From Antedon mediterranea (taxonomy: Eukaryota > Animalia > Echinodermata), in NCBI RefSeq assembly GCF_964355755.1, contig NC_092680.1:7812001-7876000 (forward strand): DNA of 64,000 nt, given 5' to 3'. The notes beneath the pieces were generated by a model, which saw only the letters and a list, made by a program, of their open reading frames with translations, was not told the DNA's origin and searched no databases. Below are positions 23,003 to 36,030 of this stretch, piece after piece (the first letter of the stretch is position 1; every line of letters starts with the position of its first letter). The translations under genes and the position numbers were made by a program.

Positions 23003-25352
23003 TAGTTCATGGGATTTAGCTAAAAATTACCCTTTTTGTTGCAAGAAAAGTTTTTTTTTGATGAAATGTCTTCTTTAGACCCTACTGAACACATTTATCA
23101 ACGTTAGGAAATGGCGGCCATTTTCAATAACATACTTGGAAATGTATCTTGGAAACCGTTAGTCACAGATACGTAATTATGGTGTCAAAATCGTTAGACG
23201 CTATGTTTTTATATTCACTTTAAAGAAAAAGTTTGTCCAAAAATGAATGAAAGTGCTATTTCTAACATTATTGACCTTTGACCTTGATTTATTATATCTC
23301 AGCAACCACTAATCGGAGATTAAACAATTTAGGGCTTGAATTGTTTAGAAACAACACATTTATATCCAGTCTAATGACATGTTTTTCCCAAAAAAATTGG
23401 CGGATTCTAACATTATTGACCTTTGACCCTGATTTATCATATCTTAGCAACCACTAATAGGAGACACACACAATATGGCTCAAAATGTTCAGAAACTACA
23501 CATTTATATTTAGTCTAATAGCATGTTTTAGCAAAAAATTGCTGATTCTAACATTATTGACCTTTGACCTAAACACTACAAAAAAATCGCATAACTTTGA
23601 CAATATTGTACTTATGAATCTATTTTTAGTGTCAAATTGCATTTTTTTTCGCAGGGTTATTAAAGTTTTTTTCAAGTTAATAATTTATTTTTCGATCAAA
23701 TTGAATTGGCATTAAATGACATATTCAACAAACAAATTTCTAAATATTATTTAGTTTATATTTTGTTAAGAATAGCATCACTCTTGAGGGCATTTTGTTA
23801 GGTTGAAACATAGTCTTATTAAGAAAGTCTTTTCTACTATACTACTAGACGTGTTGTTGATAACTGGAATTTTAAAAGATCGATATTAATGCAACATACT
23901 GTATTTAGTTTGGTTTAAATTGGCTATCGAGACTCATTAGGCTGACCACCAATTGCAATATTTTCGCCGTATACAGTAAAAACCTCAATTTTTTAAGGAA
24001 TTTATTTATTTATTTCAATATAACCATATACAGTAGTACAATATAATAGTTCTTATTTCTCAACCGTAGATTGTAATAGTAAATAACGATTATTTACCTG
24101 ACGTTTCGCCAACTATCAGTTAGCTTTCTCAAATACAGTAGTGATAGTGATACAGTGGTGTATAGATTTTAACTTTTTATAATTTGTTTTTGTACTTTTT
24201 TACGTGAATGTATTGTGTATGTACCATGTTTCTAATTTAATTTTTACCATTTTTTTTACCATCGAGTTTAATGCTTTTAATATAAAATATTCAGCTGCGA
24301 AGACGATATGAAATAAAATAAACAAACGTGTAAATTTGTAGGCAGTTTATGGATGAATGCAATATTTTATGCTTATAAATTTAATGTACCAATGGTCTAC
24401 TTTAAACTAAACATAATAAGTCAACGTTGCAACTCTTTTACATTGTAGAGTGCCAATTCACATGTTCTAATAGATGTCCACATAAAAAAGATTCCGGTTG
24501 AAATCCTTTTCAAAATAGTTCAAATATTAATAACCATACAATAGGCAATTCTTTCTCTAGAAACATGTATGTTCTAAACAATTTGACACTGACAATTTCA
24601 TATGTACAATATTTTCAAAGTTATGCGATTTAGTGTAGTGTAAAGTTCAAAGGTCAATGTTAGAATCAGCCATTTTTGCTAAAACATGCCATTATACTAT
24701 AAATGTGTAGTTTCTGAACATTTTGATCCATATTATGTGTCTCTCCTATTAGTGATTGCTAAGATATGATAACTCAAGGTCAAATGTCAATATTGTTAGA
24801 ATTCGCCATTTTTTGCAAAATTATGCCATTAGAGTGAATATAAAATGCCAGTGGTCTAATGGTTAGAACATCTGCATATCAAGCAGGCGGTCCGAGTTCG
24901 AGTCTCGATTGGGGCGACTTTTTCTTTTCAAATTGTAGTTATAAGCCAAAATTAAGTTTGAAATGGCGGCCATTTTGTTTTTCACATTTTAGGGGTGAAG
25001 ATCTAAAAATTGGACCGGTAAACAGATTTGAATTCAGCACCCCAAAATTACCCTAAAACACATGTGTATTCGCTTTTAACACGAAATGCCTAGGCCTACA
25101 GCATTTCATTTTTATCAAATCTGGACTAGTCTAATGTGTAGTTTCTGAACAATTTAAGCCCTAATTGTGTATGTCTCCGATTAGTGGTTGCTAAGATATG
25201 ATAGATCAAGGTCAAAGGTCAATAATGTTAGAAATAGCACTTCCATTCATTTTTGGAAAAACTTTTTCATTAAAGTGAATATAAAAACATATATTCTAAC
25301 GATGTTGACACCATAATTAAGTATCTGTGACTATAGCGTTTTCCAAGATACA
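23003..25352. mobile_element. Non-autonomous long-TIR DNA element (Academ-like) inserted into the intron 3 MITE of copy C; right end truncated
   Basis: Starts TAG. Arms ~23143-23640 and ~24560-25352 are reverse complements with ~145-bp subrepeats bearing TGACCTTTGACC. It shares aaatggc.gcc and ggtgtcaaa motifs with the element at 36947 and is absent from copy B. Duplicated at 28363-30712. Confidence 0.65.
24847..24916 (+). ncRNA. tRNA-derived (Asp-like, anticodon ATC) pseudo-tRNA or SINE head inside a transposon
   Basis: A box TGGTCTAATGG, anticodon arm CTGC-ATATCAA-GCAG, T arm CGAG-TTCGAGT-CTCG, then a T-run. The acceptor stem is incomplete. Duplicate at 30207-30276. Confidence 0.55.
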
Positions 25353-27147
25353 GAATACGCAACAGTTCTGCAAACATCGTTTGATTTCATGCAGGCATTA
25401 TTAGAGAGCCTATGGCATTTTGTTACGTTACGTAGATTGCGTTACGTTGCGTCGCTACTGGGAACCAAGCTTTAGACCTAACTGCAGTTTATTTATAGTT
25501 TAATTTCAGATTAGATCTGCATCATCAGCAAATATCTATCTAGTCTTATAAAAATCTGAACGGAATTGGTCTAGGCCTATCTGTTCTTAGGCTATATTTT
25601 ACTTGAAATAAACAAATGAATTGTAAATATTGGAAACTAAAAACGAAAGAATTGAATTAAATAATGCCATTTGTGTTTTTCAGTCACTATTTCTGTATAT
25701 ACCTTTTTCCAAGCAGTGCATTCGCCTCTAGAAGTTCCTGCCAGTTACGCAGAGCCATACAAATCGATTTATCCTAATGATAAATCGCGACAGACATACG
25801 CCGGCATGGTGACTTGTATGGACGAGGCAATTGGTAACATTACAGCCACTTTAAAAACAACAGGACTGTATGATAATACTGTTATTATATTTTCGTCAGG
25901 TAACATCTCTTGTGATTACGATAACGATGATTATTTTAGATAGTATTAGATATTCTTCCAAGCTTTTTTTTTTTTTTTTAATTTGTTTAAATATATCGGC
26001 ATTTCTAAAATATATTAAACAGAAATTTGCAGTTTACATCTCATTATTGCATTTACTACGATTCCTTTATGAGGTTAGGTGGTTTCTAATTGGAATCTCA
26101 CAGGATATATATTTATTCTTTGATTTTGTCAATAAGAAGACTTATTTGTGAATATTTCTTCACGTTTCTCATCGAATTAAATTGAGTAAGATATTAGTAG
26201 GCCTAATCATTTTTGGAGGATCACGCTTAAAGCATATGGCTTCATGCATGTTTCTCCCTATCTACCGAGAATGATTTACTTTGATAAATACCTTATTGTG
26301 TTATTATTATTGTTGTGTGGATAAACAAACATGAAACTTGAATATTGTCACTAAATCATTCTATCGAATAATAGTCATAAATGAGTGCACATACCGCATT
26401 AGCTACAGACCACGAAACATATTTACTTTAGCACTTGATTTAAAAATCCCTTTTACCATTGGATAAGATTGTTGTTGTTATAAGTTGATGAAAGTATGCT
26501 TACAACACCGGTTTATCATTTTACACTACCCAAACTTTCTTTGTAAACAATTCTTTTTAAATTCAAATAGCACACGGCAGAAAGACTACTATGCTTCGTT
26601 AAACTAGAAAGTATCTTAGGTGGTTATTTCTATATACCATTTATCAATAAAATATTATCTATGAATGTAATCAGGCAATTCACATGACAATATTTCAATA
26701 TTGAAGTTTTTTTCGAATTGTAAAATCTGATAATCATAGGCCTAATCATGTTGAAATATAGGATTATATGGAATCTTATATAGCGAGGAGCTAAGTTTAG
26801 GCTTACATGCACTGAAGGTATAGGATAAATATAAATTACAGCGGCAAAAAAAGTGTATGATTGAATGTTAGAAATTATTTTTTCTTTTCAGACAATGGTG
26901 GACAGGTTACAGCTGGGGGAAATAACTGGCCATTACGTGGTTGGAAAAACACACTGTGGGAAGGGGGTGTCCGTGCGGTGGGCTTTGTTCACAGTCCCCT
27001 TCTTCCAAAACAAGTTCAAGGAACTATCAACAATGAACTAATACACGTCAGTGATTGGTTCCCAACCATTGTAGAGGGATTGGCTCAAGGTGATACTAAA
27101 GGTACTAAGCCTCTTGATGGATACAATATATGGCCGTGCATTATTAG

Positions 27148-28275
27148 GAATCGGCACTATTCACCGCCCTATCTAACATGTTGGGCACAAAACGCATTTG
27201 AACAACATCTTACCATCCTATGTCAAATGGATTAGTTGAACGTTTTCACCGCCAATTAAAGGTTTCGCTTAAGGCTCAAGATGATCCTCAGAAGTGGAGT
27301 GAAACTTTACCTTTAGTTCTTCTGGGTCTCCGGACAGCGGTCAAAGTTGATTTAGGCTGTTCTTCATCGGAACTGGTGTATGGAGCAACCCTGAAACTTC
27401 CAGGGCAGTTTGTCGCGCCTACTGATATCGCCTCACATGAGCCTGCGAATTACGTACATAGATTGCAAAGACACATGCAGAATATTCGACCAGTGCCAAC
27501 ACGAGCGAATCAACGCACCGCACAAATCCACGACGATTTGCGTGAATGTACTCACGTGTTTGTTCGTTGCGATAGCGTAAAGAAACCTATTCAGTCTCCT
27601 TACAATGGGCCATTTAAAGTTTTAAACAGAACTGACAAATACTTTGTTTTGAGCATCGCAGGTAAACATGAAACTGTTAGTTTGGACAGACTAAAAGTCG
27701 CCTATGTAAATAATGGTAAAGCTATTAACAACTTTCCAGAATCGTCAAGGCAACCGGAAGCAGGGCTTTCCCCAACCGCAAGTGCTATTCCAGTCGCACC
27801 TCCGCCACGGCAAACGCGTAGCGGACGACATGTACACTGGCCACGTAAGCTTGCAGATTATGATTGCGGTTGAAGAAATTCTGTTAGTTTATTGTGCTGG
27901 AAGTTTTATACTAGAATCATTTTTTTTTATTCATCGCTCGCTAACATTTCATTTGCGATCTAGAGGGGAGCTGATGTAGAGGCAATTTGCATATGTGTTA
28001 GCAGGTGTAACGAACGGCATGCAAACCTTTTTATTCTTTGTCTCTCTCTCTCAACTACCGACCGTCGAACAAGCAGGACGTATTTATTTTACTTACCGTT
28101 GTTTGTTAACACAAGGAACTTTGCGTATCCTGTACATGTACAGAAGAAACCATTATTATTGGAATATATTATGTGTATATAATTACGGAGCCAAGTATAA
28201 GAAGTTACTAATGATATTTGAACCCAATGCATGCTCTCACAACACAGTATAGTGGGTAAGTTGGATCTCACTAAA
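27148..28275 (+). mobile_element. Duplicated 3' part of the Gypsy element (integrase C-terminus plus third LTR 27975-28275)
   Basis: Identical to 21788-22915, including the nonsense codon; part of the 5,360-bp duplication. Confidence 0.92.
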
Positions 28276-31200
28276 CATTTGTTGCTGTTCTGTTTGTGGG
28301 TCAGGATTTTTCAAATAATTTATCTTTAAGCGTAGTTTCCACTAGCAACGCAACGTAACGCGTAGTTCATGGGATTTAGCTAAAAATTACCCTTTTTGTT
28401 GCAAGAAAAGTTTTTTTTTGATGAAATGTCTTCTTTAGACCCTACTGAACACATTTATCAACGTTAGGAAATGGCGGCCATTTTCAATAACATACTTGGA
28501 AATGTATCTTGGAAACCGTTAGTCACAGATACGTAATTATGGTGTCAAAATCGTTAGACGCTATGTTTTTATATTCACTTTAAAGAAAAAGTTTGTCCAA
28601 AAATGAATGAAAGTGCTATTTCTAACATTATTGACCTTTGACCTTGATTTATTATATCTCAGCAACCACTAATCGGAGATTAAACAATTTAGGGCTTGAA
28701 TTGTTTAGAAACAACACATTTATATCCAGTCTAATGACATGTTTTTCCCAAAAAAATTGGCGGATTCTAACATTATTGACCTTTGACCCTGATTTATCAT
28801 ATCTTAGCAACCACTAATAGGAGACACACACAATATGGCTCAAAATGTTCAGAAACTACACATTTATATTTAGTCTAATAGCATGTTTTAGCAAAAAATT
28901 GCTGATTCTAACATTATTGACCTTTGACCTAAACACTACAAAAAAATCGCATAACTTTGACAATATTGTACTTATGAATCTATTTTTAGTGTCAAATTGC
29001 ATTTTTTTTCGCAGGGTTATTAAAGTTTTTTTCAAGTTAATAATTTATTTTTCGATCAAATTGAATTGGCATTAAATGACATATTCAACAAACAAATTTC
29101 TAAATATTATTTAGTTTATATTTTGTTAAGAATAGCATCACTCTTGAGGGCATTTTGTTAGGTTGAAACATAGTCTTATTAAGAAAGTCTTTTCTACTAT
29201 ACTACTAGACGTGTTGTTGATAACTGGAATTTTAAAAGATCGATATTAATGCAACATACTGTATTTAGTTTGGTTTAAATTGGCTATCGAGACTCATTAG
29301 GCTGACCACCAATTGCAATATTTTCGCCGTATACAGTAAAAACCTCAATTTTTTAAGGAATTTATTTATTTATTTCAATATAACCATATACAGTAGTACA
29401 ATATAATAGTTCTTATTTCTCAACCGTAGATTGTAATAGTAAATAACGATTATTTACCTGACGTTTCGCCAACTATCAGTTAGCTTTCTCAAATACAGTA
29501 GTGATAGTGATACAGTGGTGTATAGATTTTAACTTTTTATAATTTGTTTTTGTACTTTTTTACGTGAATGTATTGTGTATGTACCATGTTTCTAATTTAA
29601 TTTTTACCATTTTTTTTACCATCGAGTTTAATGCTTTTAATATAAAATATTCAGCTGCGAAGACGATATGAAATAAAATAAACAAACGTGTAAATTTGTA
29701 GGCAGTTTATGGATGAATGCAATATTTTATGCTTATAAATTTAATGTACCAATGGTCTACTTTAAACTAAACATAATAAGTCAACGTTGCAACTCTTTTA
29801 CATTGTAGAGTGCCAATTCACATGTTCTAATAGATGTCCACATAAAAAAGATTCCGGTTGAAATCCTTTTCAAAATAGTTCAAATATTAATAACCATACA
29901 ATAGGCAATTCTTTCTCTAGAAACATGTATGTTCTAAACAATTTGACACTGACAATTTCATATGTACAATATTTTCAAAGTTATGCGATTTAGTGTAGTG
30001 TAAAGTTCAAAGGTCAATGTTAGAATCAGCCATTTTTGCTAAAACATGCCATTATACTATAAATGTGTAGTTTCTGAACATTTTGATCCATATTATGTGT
30101 CTCTCCTATTAGTGATTGCTAAGATATGATAACTCAAGGTCAAATGTCAATATTGTTAGAATTCGCCATTTTTTGCAAAATTATGCCATTAGAGTGAATA
30201 TAAAATGCCAGTGGTCTAATGGTTAGAACATCTGCATATCAAGCAGGCGGTCCGAGTTCGAGTCTCGATTGGGGCGACTTTTTCTTTTCAAATTGTAGTT
30301 ATAAGCCAAAATTAAGTTTGAAATGGCGGCCATTTTGTTTTTCACATTTTAGGGGTGAAGATCTAAAAATTGGACCGGTAAACAGATTTGAATTCAGCAC
30401 CCCAAAATTACCCTAAAACACATGTGTATTCGCTTTTAACACGAAATGCCTAGGCCTACAGCATTTCATTTTTATCAAATCTGGACTAGTCTAATGTGTA
30501 GTTTCTGAACAATTTAAGCCCTAATTGTGTATGTCTCCGATTAGTGGTTGCTAAGATATGATAGATCAAGGTCAAAGGTCAATAATGTTAGAAATAGCAC
30601 TTCCATTCATTTTTGGAAAAACTTTTTCATTAAAGTGAATATAAAAACATATATTCTAACGATGTTGACACCATAATTAAGTATCTGTGACTATAGCGTT
30701 TTCCAAGATACAGAATACGCAACAGTTCTGCAAACATCGTTTGATTTCATGCAGGCATTATTAGAGAGCCTATGGCATTTTGTTACGTTACGTAGATTGC
30801 GTTACGTTGCGTCGCTACTGGGAACCAAGCTTTAGACCTAACTGCAGTTTATTTATAGTTTAATTTCAGATTAGATCTGCATCCTCAGCAAATATCTATC
30901 TAGTCTTATAAAAATCTGAACGGAATTGGTCTAGGCCTATCTGTTCTTAGGCTATATTTTACTTGAAATAAACAAATGAATTGTAAATATTGGAAACTAA
31001 AAACGAAAGAATTGAATTAAATAATGCCATTTGTGTTTTTCAGTCACTATTTCTGTATATACCTTTTTCCAAGCAGTGCATTCGCCTCTAGAAGTTCCTG
31101 CCAGTTACGCAGAGCCATACAAATCGATTTATCCTAATGATAAATCGCGACAGACATACGCCGGCATGGTGACTTGTATGGACGAGGCAATTGGTAACAT

Positions 31201-34200
31201 TACAGCCACTTTAAAAACAACAGGACTGTATGATAATACTGTTATTATATTTTCGTCAGGTAACATCTCTTGTGATTACGATAACGATGATTATTTTAGA
31301 TAGTATTAGATATTCTTCCAAGCTTTTTTTTTTTTTTTTAATTTGTTTAAATATATCGGCATTTCTAAAATATATTAAACAGAAATTTGCAGTTTACATC
31401 TCATTATTGCATTTACTACGATTCCTTTATGAGGTTAGGTGGTTTCTAATTGGAATCTCACAGGATATATATTTATTCTTTGATTTTGTCAATAAGAAGA
31501 CTTATTTGTGAATATTTCTTCACGTTTCTCATCGAATTAAATTGAGTAAGATATTAGTAGGCCTAATCATTTTTGGAGGATCACGCTTAAAGCATATGGC
31601 TTCATGCATGTTTCTCCCTATCTACCGAGAATGATTTACTTTGATAAATACCTTATTGTGTTATTATTATTGTTGTGTGGATAAACAAACATGAAACTTG
31701 AATATTGTCACTAAATCATTCTATCGAATAATAGTCATAAATGAGTGCACATACCGCATTAGCTACAGACCACGAAACATATTTACTTTAGCACTTGATT
31801 TAAAAATCCCTTTTACCATTGGATAAGATTGTTGTTGTTATAAGTTGATGAAAGTATGCTTACAACACCGGTTTATCATTTTACACTACCCAAACTTTCT
31901 TTGTAAACAATTCTTTTTAAATTCAAATAGCACACGGCAGAAAGACTACTATGCTTCGTTAAACTAGAAAGTATCTTAGGTGGTTATTTCTATATACCAT
32001 TTATCAATAAAATATTATCTATGAATGTAATCAGGCAATTCACATGACAATATTTCAATATTGAAGTTTTTTTCGAATTGTAAAATCTGATAATCATAGG
32101 CCTAATCATGTTGAAATATAGGATTATATGGAATCTTATATAGCGAGGAGCTAAGTTTAGGCTTACATGCACTGAAGGTATAGGATAAATATAAATTACA
32201 GCGGCAAAAAAAGTGTATGATTGAATGTTAGAAATTATTTTTTCTTTTCAGACAATGGTGGACAGGTTACAGCTGGGGGAAATAACTGGCCATTACGTGG
32301 TTGGAAAAACACACTGTGGGAAGGGGGTGTCCGTGCGGTGGGCTTTGTTCACAGTCCCCTTCTTCCAAAACAAGTTCAAGGAACTATCAACAATGAACTA
32401 ATACACGTCAGTGATTGGTTCCCAACCATTGTAGAGGGATTGGCTCAAGGTGATACTAAAGGTACTAAGCCTCTTGATGGATACAATATATGGCCGTGCA
32501 TTATTAGGTAAGTAAAAGGCTAAATTAGTTTATGCATTTAAAATATTAAACTACTATAAATAAGATACAAATACTTTTACACAAAAGGATATTATATGCA
32601 TTTCAGTTAACGTATTTGTTTGATGTTATTATAATTATTATAAATAAGGTTCTTTACGTGCGTAATAGTTGTCCGGAATATAATCATCTTCCCCAATCCT
32701 TAAATGAAATCCTCTTATCAATGTAACATTATAAACAAATCACATGAATTTTACTTTAAAGATATATTGTCTCTTTTGTAATTTTTTAAATGCAATTTCC
32801 GCATAAATAGTTTACTTTAACTAAAAAGTGAAAAAAAAAAATCTATGAAAAAAATATATAGATGTATAGCATATTTTCTGCCAGATAATGGGGTTTTTGT
32901 TAAAGTTGAACCGTATATTTCGTTTTTTTTTATAATTGAAATCATTCCCGCCCCAGTTTTTCCCTATAATAATAATAATAATAACACTAATAATAATAAT
33001 AATAAGATTTTCATAGCGCACAAACTCCAGAGTGCTCAAGGCGCATTTAAAAATAAAAAGAAATAAATCATACAAATTCCTGACAAATAAAATGCAATTT
33101 CTTTGGAGGGTCCCCATCCGTTGTCGTTCTGTCGCGGTCCCGGACCCCTACCTAGGTAGTGGATAACTTTTATTCATATTAAACTGCAAAATGGCTTATT
33201 CAAGGTCTGATTTTATTAATCTTTATTTTTTATGTTTTTGAGGGACAATACGTATACATACATCAAAATTATGAATGATACGTATACACATCATGATATT
33301 AAAGCACCAGTTTAAAAAATAGAAACTTATTTATTCTTTGTGTGTAGTAAAAACGACGTCTCTCCACGAAAGGAAATTCTTCATAATATAGATCCATTGA
33401 CAATCATTCAGGGTAAACAGTGGAAAAACAGCCCCTTTGATGTTCGAATAAATGCCGCTCTTAGGTCAGGTGACTGGAAGATTATTACAGGAACCGAAGG
33501 TACATTTTACTACTTTAAAACAAAATTAAAGTCACTATTATTCTTATTCTACCCTGCTTATTCAGATATGCAAATCACTGACGCAGGTCCTGGGCAGCAC
33601 CGTCGGTGTGTACTCTCCAACATGTTTTTAAAGGGGTTTTAGTTTCCCCACTTTTCGACACAGAAAAAGGTTTAGATATCCTTTGGGTGTTTTACTCCTT
33701 ATTGGGTCTACCACACACCTTTCAAAACAGGTCGCGGTAATTGATGCTAAAATTACACTAAATGTTCAATATTTTATACATGACGTTGTAATACGTTATT
33801 CGATATATACTTTTAGAAAGTGATGATTGGGTGGTGCCACCAGATTCTGGTATTACGCCTATTCAACCTGTTGTTGTGAAAAACCAAGTACTGTTTTTGT
33901 TCAACGTAACTGCTGATCCAAGTGAATATAACGATCTATCTGGAAAGTATTCAAAAGTTGTCGATATGATGCTAGAGAAGTTAGCGAGTTACAATAAAAC
34001 CGCAGTACCATGTAAGTTTCCATTGTCGGATCCTTCCTCGGACCCTAAACTTCACGGTGGAGTCTGGGGTCCGTGGCGGTTCAGTAGGAGAGACACGTTG
34101 TTACATTCGTTTTATAGCCAATTCTTGCAATAAGGACTTTCAGGACTTTCGTATTTTCGTTCAAAATAACTTCAAACACTATCAATTGTGTACTGTTTCT

Positions 34201-35668
34201 AAAGGCACCTCTTTGCCAAAAGTTGATGTGCTTGGATATCCTCCCCCAAATTTACGGTAATAAAATAACCACAAGGCAGGCAGGACAACAATCTGAGATT
34301 TATGTTAGGTAATAAAAAGCAATCAACATAGTATAAAATACATATGTATAATATAATGGAAAATAAGTAAATTACGTATTGAAAATAGAGTATTCTACAT
34401 TTAAGCTTAGAGCTTGCGGATTTGTTTTTGTTTTTCTTTTTGTAAGTTATTAGATTTTTTGATTTTAATAAAATCTTTCTGAAATAAAAAAATGAATTGT
34501 ACAAGACGTTGATGTGCTTAGATGTCTGTCACTAGTAATACTATTTTTATTTTCTGCTACATAATTTTGGTGATTTCTACGTCATAGATCCAATGTTCCC
34601 GGATTCGCATCAGGACGCATGCGCAGCAATAAAAGTCAAAGTCGAATTGCTATAATTATAATAAGTAACTCATGAGTGCATCTTGCATACGACTAGTTTC
34701 CTGACCACAATAAAACATTTATATTTAGTGAAATACCTGTAATAAATTCTAGTAGTACTGACCCTACGTTAATGCCACGTCAGGCCTACAATATTAGCCT
34801 TATTCTTTCCAAAATCCCCTGCAAAAACACACGTCACTTCTCATTGTGAAACACGTATACCTATCTATATCCGTTTTCATTAACAAACACAAAATGAGAG
34901 GCAGTACATGACATTACTTTAAATTATTTCTAACACTTCAAACGCAAATTTTAAACAAGGAATATTTCTTACAAATAACGCCGCTCAACTGTTTGACCTT
35001 TTGACGTAAAAGTTTTAATTATTGTTCTTTCTTCATTAAAAGATGCTTTTTTTTATTGATATTCTATTTAATAATTTAAGAAATAATGAATTATCATCAA
35101 TTATTTTAGTTTAACAATCAGTAGAGTACCGTAAACATTTTGTGTAAGTCAGTTCTGTTTGCTCTGGGTCCCAACTCGAAATGTCCCTATTATTTACCTC
35201 CGCCAAGGAGGTATATGTAATCGGTAGCGTGTGTTTGTTTGTTACTTGGCCAAATTGAACAAGCACGAATGTGCAATACTCGGGGTACAGCGAAAGAAGC
35301 TGTAATGACGTCATAAGACCGGATGTAACGTCACATACACGTCACTAACCGCGCTACCGAATACGGCTATACGGTACCATCTTCGAGACGTGATATGGCT
35401 GCATCCGGTTTGAAATTAAAAAATCCGGCTCTATAGCTTTGAGGACATGTCCCTGTAGTATATTCATGCTAAATCCGAGCTCAATACTACAACGAATAAG
35501 GGGGAGTAGTACTTTATAAATCGCACTTTTTGCTCAATAGTGTCTGGATGGTAGAAGAAGAGGAAAAGATGAGAGTCCTAGACTCAGGTACCCCGAGTAA
35601 TAAAACGAGATATACTCTATATCATATTACGTATACAGTATATTTCACCATAAAGTTAAAGAAAAATA

Positions 35669-35745
35669 GGTTTCGCCAGGGCTCGAACAACCGGGACCTT
35701 CTGCGTGTTGTTAAGCAGACTTGACAACCACTACACTACAAAACC
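35669..35745 (-). ncRNA. tRNA-Val-like pseudogene (degenerate)
   Basis: Reverse complement GGTTTTGTAGTGTAGTGGTT...GTCTGCTTAAC(AAC)ACGCAGAAGGTCCC..GTTCGAGCCCTGGCGAAACC resembles metazoan tRNA-Val, with small insertions. Confidence 0.6.
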
Positions 35746-35959
35746 TCTTACACTAAAAATGTGGGTTACACAAAGTTTTTTAATCCATTTAAATTACAAA
35801 TAAATATGGTAATAAGCACAAAGCAAAATAAACATGTATAAAAGTGATAATTACCGATTACACAAAATAGTTATTTAAAAAAATAATAAAAATAAGATAT
35901 ACTGTGTATAATTATCATATTGCGTATACAGTACTTTTCACCATAAAATAAAAAAAAAA

Positions 35960-36030
35960 GGTTTCGCCTGGGCTCGAACCAGGTACCTTCTGCGTGTTAA
36001 GCAAACGTGTAACCACTACGCCAAGAAGCC
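35960..36030 (-). ncRNA. tRNA-Val(AAC)-like pseudogene
   Basis: A box TGGCGTAGTGG, anticodon arm TTTGC-TTAACAC-GCAGA, perfect T arm CCTGG-TTCGAGC-CCAGG and a poly-T terminator. The acceptor stem has two mismatches. Confidence 0.65.

Larger units (their letters stand above)
21788..32507 (+). repeat. Near-perfect 5,360-bp head-to-tail tandem duplication (21788-27147 / 27148-32507)
   Basis: All ORFs recur at +5360. The junction ...ttattag|gaatcggcac... joins the end of exon 5 to integrase sequence. Only one difference was noticed by eye (25524 a vs 30884 c). Confidence 0.93.
16726..34133 (+). pseudogene. Arylsulfatase B-like copy C, frameshifted, with duplicated exons 4-5
   Basis: Exons 16726-17031, 17513-17699, 17889-18052, 25684-25899 (duplicate 31044-31259), 26892-27147 (duplicate 32252-32507), 33348-33499, 33817-34133. 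Exon 4 has cctttttccaag versus cctttccaag (+2 nt), giving TAG at 25729-25731, and the same lesion is in the duplicate. Confidence 0.8.

Noticed and set aside
26861-27873. Sulfatase-integrase fusion gene at the duplication junction
   Set aside because: Exon 5 reads into integrase out of frame and stops at 27235, and the upstream exon 4 is already frameshifted.
35960-36030. Functional tRNA-Val gene
   Set aside because: Acceptor-stem mismatches and location inside a mobile element absent from the paralogous site; kept only as tRNA-like.
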